IMG/VR virus record: IMGVR_UViG_3300037634_004692
Length of the DNA stretch: 64,000 nt
Strand: one strand, 5' to 3'
From: an uncultured virus (IMG/VR IMGVR_UViG_3300037634_004692)
Taxonomy: Duplodnaviria > Heunggongvirae > Uroviricota > Caudoviricetes
In this document: piece after piece, positions 57,265-64,000 of the stretch
Layout of the letters: every line of letters starts with the position of its first letter
Numbering within the stretch: the stretch's first letter is position 1
Notes under the pieces: model-generated
Databases searched by the model: none
The model's input: the letters and a program-made list of their open reading frames with translations, nothing else
What the model was told of the DNA's origin: nothing
Made by a program: the position numbers and the translations under genes

Positions 57265-57972
57265 ATGCAACAAACAATAGATCACAATAAAATACTAACT
57301 GAAGGCATTGCACTATTGACCAGTGGAACAACTACAGCGCCTAAGAAAATTTTTCAATCACCAGAAAAACTAATTGCTGCAAATTCGGCTGCATTAGATT
57401 CACAGCAACTTACCAAAGAAAGTAAAGTATACACTGTATGCAAATTAGCGCATGCTGGCGGGCTATTAGCACAGTCATTGCCAGCATTGAGTATTGGCGC
57501 ATCGGTAACAATTGAAAAATTCAATGCGTTTCGTTTCATGAATCAAATTCATAAGTATACCCATACACATATCACTCCTACACATGCCAGATTGATTATG
57601 AAAACAAAGAGTTTTGACAAATTTGATTTCAGTGGCATTTGGATAACATGCGGAAGTGATCCAGTTGATTGGAATATCATCGAATCCTTTGTTTCTAGAG
57701 GCACCACTTTCATGGTCAATTGGGGTATGACTGAAATAGGTCCATGTGCTATCAATACGGTATTTGATAGTATAGAAAAGGTACAGGACTATAAGAGTAG
57801 ATCAATAAATGGGTCTACGTTGTTGGGCGACACGATATATACAACTATCAAGATCATTGACGATCAACTGTTCGTTATAGGAGATATATGTGTATATGAC
57901 GATTGGTTTGCGACCGGTGATCTAGTAACATTAAATGATTATGGTGAATTATATTATCATGGGAGAATGTAA
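57265..57972 (+). CDS. Truncated ANL-superfamily adenylate-forming enzyme
   Basis: LTSGTT (A3), WGMTE (A5), FATGDL (A7); ends at HGR (A8 hinge). Confidence 0.82.
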   Translation: MQQTIDHNKILTEGIALLTSGTTTAPKKIFQSPEKLIAANSAALDSQQLTKESKVYTVCKLAHAGGLLAQSLPALSIGASVTIEKFNAFRFMNQIHKYTHTHITPTHARLIMKTKSFDKFDFSGIWITCGSDPVDWNIIESFVSRGTTFMVNWGMTEIGPCAINTVFDSIEKVQDYKSRSINGSTLLGDTIYTTIKIIDDQLFVIGDICVYDDWFATGDLVTLNDYGELYYHGRM

Positions 57973-58070
57973 TGAGATTATTAAAAGATGAAGATTATAA
58001 CTTAGTGACAGATGTGCCAGAGATTGAGATTAATTTAGAATATGATGTGAGTAAATATAAGAAATGTTAG
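57972..58070 (+). CDS. 32-aa peptide MRLLKDEDYNLVTDVPEIEINLEYDVSKYKKC
   Basis: ATG overlaps the upstream stop (TAATG), GGGAG RBS; its 3' end overlaps the start of the next ORF. Below the ORF-track cut-off. Confidence 0.55.
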   Translation: MRLLKDEDYNLVTDVPEIEINLEYDVSKYKKC

Positions 58071-59446
58071 ATTATAATGAAATTTATAATAATTCAGTTC
58101 AGACTCCCATTTCAAATAACATAGCATTGGTTACAATGGATGATGAATGTTCATATAATGATTTGAATAATGAATATTTAATGAATATGAATTTGAAGAA
58201 AACAATGAGAGTATTGATTTTCTTATCTGAATCAGATATTGAATTATACCGCACTGTGATCAGTTTGGGCAAATTGTGTAGCGTGAGCATTCTGGATGTA
58301 GAGTACACGCATACCGAAATTGATATGTACATTGAAAAGAGTAATGCTAATTTAATAATTACAGATGATAATTATATTGAATTGTTGCCCAACACGCATA
58401 TTCCGATAGTTAACATTAATGATCCTAAAAATATAGATCCGCTTTTGCATGTTGCGTGTGATTCAAATGAACTCATAGGATTAATATCAAGCGGAACTGT
58501 TTCAAATCCGCGAATCATCCCAATGACACGTCAATCTATGAATTATAACGCGTTTCAACGATATCAAATGCAAATGCATATGAATACTGACGATGTTATT
58601 GTTCAGACAATTCCACTAAATGCAACGTGGGGAATGGTAATTTTTTATGTATCGATGATATTAGGCTGTAAATTTGTAGCAATGCCACTGACAATGCGCA
58701 GATTCAATGAATATGCTAATAAGTATTCGCCAACGTTGTTGTTTGGTTCGCCTTTGTTGTATAATAACATTTTATCGGGCGATGTTACTTTGATTAACAA
58801 TAAAATTAGAAAAGCACGAATTGGCGGTAGTTATGTTAGTGTTGATGTAAAGAAACGCGTATTTGATTATTTTGAATTGGACAATTTGTGGGTAGGATAC
58901 GGACTAAGTGAAACTGGAAGTGCTGGCTTTGATGATTATCAGACAGTTGAAACGATAGATAGAGATTCGCTAGGAATAATTAATCCTGGAATGGAATACA
59001 AACTTAATGAGAATGATGTAATACTGCTTCGTGGTGGCACACTAGGATCCGAGTGGTTTAATACTGGTGACATTGCGACAACCAATGATGATGGCACATT
59101 GCGTATTATTGGCAGAGATAAAAACATAATAGATTTGGGTGGCATTAAAGTAATGCCGAATGAAGTAGAAACTGTGATTGAAAAGTTGCCGGATGTTGTG
59201 ACATGTAGTGTCATGGGAACAGCGGCTGGTCTAGTTGATCAAGTGGAGCAACAACTAGTGTGTGTATATGTTGGCACGGCAACAACAGATAACGTTCGTG
59301 AACACTGCAAAAATCATTTATTGGCATATAAGATACCAGAGATATATATTAGTGTAGAATCACTATTGTATAATAACAGTGAGAAAAAAGATACAAAATC
59401 CATGCTAAATCAATACGTCATGCCGTATATGGACAATCATAAATGA
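58064..59446 (+). CDS. ANL-superfamily adenylate-forming enzyme (acyl-CoA synthetase-like)
   Basis: SSGTVSNPR, GYGLSETG, WFNTGDI, IIGRDKNIIDLGGIKVMPNEVE and YKIP...SEK motifs. Confidence 0.9.
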   Translation: MLDYNEIYNNSVQTPISNNIALVTMDDECSYNDLNNEYLMNMNLKKTMRVLIFLSESDIELYRTVISLGKLCSVSILDVEYTHTEIDMYIEKSNANLIITDDNYIELLPNTHIPIVNINDPKNIDPLLHVACDSNELIGLISSGTVSNPRIIPMTRQSMNYNAFQRYQMQMHMNTDDVIVQTIPLNATWGMVIFYVSMILGCKFVAMPLTMRRFNEYANKYSPTLLFGSPLLYNNILSGDVTLINNKIRKARIGGSYVSVDVKKRVFDYFELDNLWVGYGLSETGSAGFDDYQTVETIDRDSLGIINPGMEYKLNENDVILLRGGTLGSEWFNTGDIATTNDDGTLRIIGRDKNIIDLGGIKVMPNEVETVIEKLPDVVTCSVMGTAAGLVDQVEQQLVCVYVGTATTDNVREHCKNHLLAYKIPEIYISVESLLYNNSEKKDTKSMLNQYVMPYMDNHK

Positions 59447-60246
59447 TTACTATTGGAACTGATATGGAAGTGTTCGTCGCAAATAGCGACAATCACATAG
59501 TTAGTGCGAGGAGTCACGTACTAGGAACAAAATTTAAACCACATAAAGTGAATTTTGGTGCAATTCAGGAAGATGGCGTTACTGCTGAGTTTCATATAGA
59601 TCCAGCTTATTCGTTAGATGAATTTGTTCATAATATTAAAATTGTATATGCAACGATCACTGATGTTCTATTGCAACATAATTTGCATCCGGTGATCAAA
59701 GCAAGTCATGTGTACTCCGAAGATGATACCACAGATTGGCAAGAAACTGAACATAGATTTGTAGGTATTCCGGAATGGGGTGGACAGTGGAATACCTGGA
59801 CAAAAGAAAAGAAAGCACCACCAGATGGAACTAGTACATTGTTGAGAACGTGCGGCGGACATATTCATATTGGATATTCAGATAATGACTTTGAGACTAA
59901 TTATAAAATTGGCAAACTTATGGATATCAAAATTGGCATAGTGTCTGTGTTAATCGACCGAGACAATGAAAGACGGGAGTTATATGGACATGCAGGAACG
60001 ATTAGACATAAGCCGTATGGTGTAGAATATAGAACACTGTCTAATTTTTGGTTAGAAACGGATGAACTAATGACGTGGATTTATAATACGACATTTGATG
60101 TTGTCAGTAATACTGATTATTATGATCAACTATACTCTGCTATCGACGGAGAGAATATACAACAAATTATCAATGAATGTTTATTTGATGATGCCTTGAA
60201 AATATGCGAGAAATTGTCACTGGAGATTCCTAGTGGATATATTTGA
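59443..60246 (+). CDS. COOH-NH2 ligase type 2 (phiEco32-like, glutamine synthetase fold)
   Basis: IGTDMEVF, QEDGVTAEF, RTCGGHIHIG, RRELYG.AG and KPYGVEYRTLSNFW motifs. Confidence 0.85.
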   Translation: MITIGTDMEVFVANSDNHIVSARSHVLGTKFKPHKVNFGAIQEDGVTAEFHIDPAYSLDEFVHNIKIVYATITDVLLQHNLHPVIKASHVYSEDDTTDWQETEHRFVGIPEWGGQWNTWTKEKKAPPDGTSTLLRTCGGHIHIGYSDNDFETNYKIGKLMDIKIGIVSVLIDRDNERRELYGHAGTIRHKPYGVEYRTLSNFWLETDELMTWIYNTTFDVVSNTDYYDQLYSAIDGENIQQIINECLFDDALKICEKLSLEIPSGYI

Positions 60247-60985
60247 TAACAAATTTATTTTTGTAAGTTTTGAACCGGGTGGTGGTGGACACAGACTAGG
60301 AAGAGTGATATCATGTTTGCCTGATGTATATTGGTATAGTGATACCAATAACGGCATTAATCCTTGGAATGTACATTTTACAGAAACATCAATTATGCAA
60401 CGTAAGGTAAGTCGTTGTCATTTTGATAGACTTGTACCCAAGGGAATGTTACCACCAACTCATGACTATATAAAAGACTTTATTCCAGATGCTGATGAAT
60501 ACTACGCGCAATATTTTAATCCACAGTTTGAACGTATGGGCGGCCCTGAAATATTAAAAACACAACACTTGGTATATTGTACGCATGCAATGCCGCATGA
60601 AATAACTGAAAGATTTACTAATGCAAAGGTGCTCAATATAATTGACGATCCATTACAAGTTGCTGTTAGATATATGAAAACCACTAGTTTGTTTCCAGCA
60701 TACTTAAAATGCAAATGGCTAGATGGAGAAAATACCGAGCATGGAAAAAAGCTTGCACGTGTAGCTGAAGATTTTGGAAAGGGATTTACAGTTAGAGATC
60801 TATGGTGTTACGATAAGTTTGATGATTCATACCATCCAACATATGCCATGGAATATCAACAGTATGTTGTTAATATGATTAATGATCGTATACAACAAAG
60901 AAAAACATATGACAACCACAATAATATTCTAACAGTTGGCAAAAGAGACTACAAAGCTATAAAGGAGTTTTTACGTGATTTATGA
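60233..60985 (+). CDS. Hypothetical protein, possibly P-loop sulfotransferase-like
   Basis: FIFVSFEPGGGGHRLGRVIS N-terminal loop and later CTH...AKVLNII.DP, resembling the sulfotransferase layout. Confidence 0.45.
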   Translation: MDIFDNKFIFVSFEPGGGGHRLGRVISCLPDVYWYSDTNNGINPWNVHFTETSIMQRKVSRCHFDRLVPKGMLPPTHDYIKDFIPDADEYYAQYFNPQFERMGGPEILKTQHLVYCTHAMPHEITERFTNAKVLNIIDDPLQVAVRYMKTTSLFPAYLKCKWLDGENTEHGKKLARVAEDFGKGFTVRDLWCYDKFDDSYHPTYAMEYQQYVVNMINDRIQQRKTYDNHNNILTVGKRDYKAIKEFLRDL

Positions 60986-61009
60986 AAACATTTATTACTA
61001 AATAAAGAG

Positions 61010-61038
61010 TTGACACGACAAATTATATAGTATATAAT
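61010..61038 (+). promoter_or_regulatory. Sigma70-type promoter
   Basis: TTGACA-17-TATAAT. Confidence 0.85.
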
Positions 61039-61081
61039 ACATGCATAACAAAACACAACACAACTACAGATAGGAAAATAA

Positions 61082-61243
61082 ATGTCAGACACTTTTGCTG
61101 ATTTTGTAATGAAATTGAGTGATAAAAAACTCATACAACTTTTTGCTGATATGGGAATTCATATCGATTTAAACGGCCCTGTGCCACTAGTATTTGAAGA
61201 TGTTGAACAAGAAATTATTGATCAAGAGTTTGATATTGATTAA
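61082..61243 (+). CDS. 53-aa acidic early protein (MSDTFADFVMKLSDKK...QEFDID)
   Basis: Own consensus promoter and AGGA RBS. Confidence 0.6.
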   Translation: MSDTFADFVMKLSDKKLIQLFADMGIHIDLNGPVPLVFEDVEQEIIDQEFDID

Positions 61244-61288
61244 GTGTGCCTTATTTTACTAAAGGATAAATAAAAAGCAAAACAAAAT

Positions 61289-61363
61289 GTTCGGTTCGTC
61301 TATCGGTCAGGACTTCAGGTTTTCAACCTGGCAAGAGGGGTTCGATTCCCCTACCGAATACCA
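61289..61363 (+). tRNA. tRNA-Glu(UUC)
   Basis: Cloverleaf; anticodon TTC; CCA. Confidence 0.92.
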
Positions 61364-61370
61364 AAATTGT

Positions 61371-61446
61371 TCCTCGATAGCTCAGTTGGTAGAGCCGTAG
61401 ACTGTTAATCTATTGGTCCCTGGTTCGAGTCCAGGTCGAGGAGCCA
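61371..61446 (+). tRNA. tRNA-Asn(GUU)
   Basis: Cloverleaf; anticodon GTT; CCA. Confidence 0.96.
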
Positions 61447-61452
61447 AATTAT

Positions 61453-61537
61453 GCGAGTGTGGTGGAATTGGTATACACACAAGACTTAAAATCTTGCGCC
61501 GTAAGGATTGGGAGTTCAAGTCTCCCCTCTCGCACCA
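61453..61537 (+). tRNA. tRNA-Leu(UAA)
   Basis: Long variable arm; anticodon TAA; CCA. Confidence 0.93.
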
Positions 61538-61545
61538 TAAATTAT

Positions 61546-61622
61546 GGGGATGTAGCTCAGTTGGTTAGAGTACCTGCCTGTCACGCAGGATGCCGAGGGT
61601 TCGAGTCCCTTCATTCCCGCCA
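61546..61622 (+). tRNA. tRNA-Asp(GUC)
   Basis: Cloverleaf; anticodon GTC; CCA. Confidence 0.96.
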
Positions 61623-61629
61623 TAATTTA

Positions 61630-61719
61630 GGAGAGGTGGCAGAGTGGTTGAATGCACCGGTCTTGAAAACCGGCTTACGTGAAAGCGTAACGAGGGTTCA
61701 AATCCCTCCTTCTCCGCCA
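61630..61719 (+). tRNA. tRNA-Ser(UGA)
   Basis: Long variable arm; anticodon TGA; CCA. Confidence 0.96.
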
Positions 61720-61814
61720 CATAGGCAGGCAGCCCATTCGTAGCAAGCTCATACCATCATTGCTAACGATAAAACTGTCAAAGCAGTTAGGGTTCTGTGC
61801 AAAAACCCCTTATT

Positions 61815-61889
61815 GCGGGTATCGTATAAAGGCTATTACCTTGGGTTTCCAACCCAATGATGAGAGTTCGATTCTCTCTACCCGCTCCA
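61815..61889 (+). tRNA. tRNA-Gly(UCC)
   Basis: Cloverleaf; anticodon TCC; CCA. Confidence 0.95.
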
Positions 61890-61945
61890 AGTTAGGGCTT
61901 TTTTGTCGACTAGCTTTGTACGAGAACAGCGAGGTAATTGGAGAA

Positions 61946-62041
61946 ATGAATGAATTAAAACAATGGGCTCTAATTATATTAGGCGGAGTCCTATGCTGGG
62001 GTAGTCTTGCTGTAGGGTTATATTGTAAATACGGAATTTAA
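61946..62041 (+). CDS. 31-aa single-TM peptide
   Basis: GGAG RBS; MNELKQWALIILGGVLCWGSLAVGLYCKYGI. Confidence 0.5.
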   Translation: MNELKQWALIILGGVLCWGSLAVGLYCKYGI

Positions 62042-62064
62042 AAGGCCAAGGATTAAATATAAAT

Positions 62065-62091
62065 AAAAAGCCCCAATTAAGGGGCTTTTGT
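62065..62091. terminator. Bidirectional terminator, copy 1 of a 27-bp direct repeat
   Basis: AAAAAGCCCCAATTAAGGGGCTTTTGT. Confidence 0.88.
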
Positions 62092-62112
62092 ATTCTTGAG
62101 CTACTGTACTAC

Positions 62113-62169
62113 TTAAAGATGTTTAAGTAATATTGCTGTTGGACTTAATGCCTTAACATAGACAGTCAT
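62113..62169 (-). pseudogene. Relic C-terminus of a displaced propeller allele (MTVYV-KALSPTAILLKHL*)
   Basis: KALSPTAILLKHL* parallels the current C-terminus KAVTPTTLLLKGL*. Confidence 0.7.
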
Positions 62170-62171
62170 AG

Positions 62172-63791
62172 TTATAGCCCCTTCAATAATAAGGTAGTAG
62201 GTGTGACGGCTTTGCCAACCTCGACATTCGGAACAATTGGCGTTGTAGCCAATGTGCCATCGCCCTGAACATAGTAGGTTGAACCAGCCGTTAGTCCTGT
62301 TTGGTTGCTGGAGACACCGCCTTGCAATGTAACAGTCGCCGTCTCACCGTCAGCATATGCGTCCGTGGCTAAGCCGATGAAATTATCTGAGGTAAGATTG
62401 GTAGTAACTGCTTGCGCATCGAGCTGCCCAACAATCGCTGTGCCGTAATTGTAATTACCCGCATCCGTATAACAAACAACGAACTTGCCACTATCATTAG
62501 GGTCAAAGGCTACTGAGTAGACGTAAGTAGCCCCTGAACTCAATACAGCCTCAGAACCAAAGCTAATTGAAGTGCCCGATACTGTACCTACACAAGCTGT
62601 ACCATAACTGGAATTACCACCATCCACATAACAAACCACAAACTGTCCAGAGTTATTAGGGTCAAAGGATGCTGACATGTAGTAGGTATACCCTGAATTA
62701 AATACAACCTCTGAACCAAAGCTAATGCTTGTGCCAGAGACAGTGCCTACAATAGCTGTACCATAATTGGAATTACCAAAATCCTCATAACAAACCACAA
62801 ACTGTCCAGAGTTATTAGGGTCAAAGGCTACTGAGATGGAGCTGGTACCCCCTGTATTAAATACATGTTCAGGACTAAAGCTAATACTCGTACCTGAAAC
62901 CGTACCGACAATCGCTGTGCCGTAATTGGAATTATTAGCAGCCGCATAACAAACAACAAACTTACCGCTAGCATTAGGGTCAAAAGATGCTGAGGTGGAC
63001 TGGGCATCCCATGGGTTGAATACAACCTCTGAACCAAAACCAATTGAAGTACCACTTATAGTACCGACAATAGCTGTACCTTTATCGGAATTACCAGTAT
63101 CCCTATAGCAAACAACAAACTTGCCACTATCATTAGGGTCAAAGGTTGCTGAGGTGTACTGGGTACCCCCTGAATTAAATACAGATTCAGAACCAAAGCT
63201 AATGCTTGTACCTGAGATAGTGCCGACACAAGCTTTACCATAACCACTGTGGTCATAACAAACCACAAACTGCCCAGCCGTGTTCGGGTCAAAGGCTGCT
63301 GAGATGTAGTCGTTACCCCCTGAGTTAAATACATATTCAGAGCCAAAGCTAATGCTTGTTCCAGAAACAGTACCTATAATAGCTGTACCTTTATTGGAAT
63401 TGCCTTGATCCTTATAACAAAGAACAAACTGCCCAGCCGTGCTTGGGTCAAAGGCTGCTGACATAGCCCATGCACCCCCTGCGTTAAATACAACCTCAGA
63501 ACCAGCAGGAATACTCTCAGCGAACGATGTAACAATCCCACCAACAGCTTCTATCGTACCGTCTGCTTTAAGAATAACGGGTGCGCCATTAGGCAGTGTG
63601 CCAGTAGCGGTAATGTCAGCGGTATTGCCTGATGAGCCACCTGAGGCATTAGCTACTGCGCCGTCTACATATGCTTTAGTTACTGCGTGGCTGCCTTCAG
63701 TTGGAGTACTATTAACATTCAAGTTGCCTTCGATTATCGAATCTCCATTTGATTTAAATCCAGCATCTATTATAAATTTCTTTTGTGCCAT
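62172..63791 (-). CDS. 7-bladed beta-propeller adhesin (paralog B) with its own fibre-type N-terminus
   Basis: Start MAQKKFIID after an AAGGA RBS and CATAAATA; seven blades; flanking domains very similar to 12076-13590. Confidence 0.82.
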   Translation of the reverse strand: MAQKKFIIDAGFKSNGDSIIEGNLNVNSTPTEGSHAVTKAYVDGAVANASGGSSGNTADITATGTLPNGAPVILKADGTIEAVGGIVTSFAESIPAGSEVVFNAGGAWAMSAAFDPSTAGQFVLCYKDQGNSNKGTAIIGTVSGTSISFGSEYVFNSGGNDYISAAFDPNTAGQFVVCYDHSGYGKACVGTISGTSISFGSESVFNSGGTQYTSATFDPNDSGKFVVCYRDTGNSDKGTAIVGTISGTSIGFGSEVVFNPWDAQSTSASFDPNASGKFVVCYAAANNSNYGTAIVGTVSGTSISFSPEHVFNTGGTSSISVAFDPNNSGQFVVCYEDFGNSNYGTAIVGTVSGTSISFGSEVVFNSGYTYYMSASFDPNNSGQFVVCYVDGGNSSYGTACVGTVSGTSISFGSEAVLSSGATYVYSVAFDPNDSGKFVVCYTDAGNYNYGTAIVGQLDAQAVTTNLTSDNFIGLATDAYADGETATVTLQGGVSSNQTGLTAGSTYYVQGDGTLATTPIVPNVEVGKAVTPTTLLLKGL

Positions 63792-63907
63792 ATTATTATG
63801 TTTCCTTATACGTAAAAAACGCATACTAGTGTAAACGCTTATATGATTATTTATGTTGATTTCAGCCCAAATTAACAGATAACATATGATAGTAATTAGC
63901 AGATACA

Positions 63908-63934
63908 AAAAAGCCCCAATTAAGGGGCTTTTGT
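63908..63934. terminator. Bidirectional terminator, copy 2 of the 27-bp direct repeat
   Basis: Identical to 62065-62091. Confidence 0.88.
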
Positions 63935-64000
63935 TTAGATATTTGATTATTATCTATTTTAGATTATGGTCCTACTATATCTGTACCATCAAATCCAATC

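Noticed and set aside
56576..61889. Integrative element or prophage att site at the tRNAs
   Set aside because: No integrase and no duplicated tRNA 3' end flanking the cassette were found.
61459..62041. ORF-track ORFs 61459-61743 and 61760-62041
   Set aside because: They overlap intact tRNA genes; only the 31-aa RBS-led tail (61946-62041) is plausible.
63792..63908. 39-aa N-terminal extension of paralog B (similar extensions at 12064, 17295, 24451, 30434, 31799, 57250)
   Set aside because: The extensions overlap promoters, RBS sites or upstream genes; the downstream ATGs have proper RBS, coupling or promoter spacing.
1..64000. Complete diversity-generating retroelement
   Set aside because: No reverse transcriptase ORF and no non-coding A-rich template copy were seen in this window; only the target-like signature is reported.
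1..64000. Stop-codon reassignment
   Set aside because: Core genes are full-length in the standard code, all three stops are used, and no suppressor tRNA is present (anticodons TAG, TAA and TGA read Leu and Ser sense codons).

Overview
This 64 kb, AT-rich window comes from a large T4-like (myovirus) phage genome and uses the standard genetic code. 1-14 kb holds tail-fibre/adhesin genes: a 5'-partial fibre, a duplicated chaperone, a 2945-aa modular fibre and a 7-bladed beta-propeller. 14-28 kb holds Nudix, neck, tail sheath/tube, gp4 and terminase genes. 29-42.5 kb holds replication/recombination genes (gp32, UvsX/Y/W, clamp-loader subunit, miniature DnaE, primase, helicase). 42.5-51 kb holds late genes that look like internal head proteins; 51-55.5 kb holds nrdAB, glutaredoxin and PAAR. 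56.5-62 kb is a tRNA array (8 intact tRNAs, 1 truncated) interrupted by a biosynthetic-type cassette, and 62-64 kb is an inverted second propeller paralog. Sigma70-type (TTGACA-17-TAnnnT) and T4-late-type (TAAATA core) promoters are clear. Main candidates for new biology: (1) the tRNA-embedded operon of two adenylating enzymes, a coupled 32-aa peptide, a COOH-NH2 ligase and a sulfotransferase-like protein, behind an operator-like palindrome; (2) two propeller adhesins whose loops vary at codon positions 1-2 with position 3 held, a DGR-like signature, with no RT or template in this window; (3) repeated 3'-end swap scars in receptor-binding genes; (4) a 195-aa DnaE core; (5) a set of apparently leaderless genes. 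All protein family calls come from motif recognition by eye; no database searches were run.
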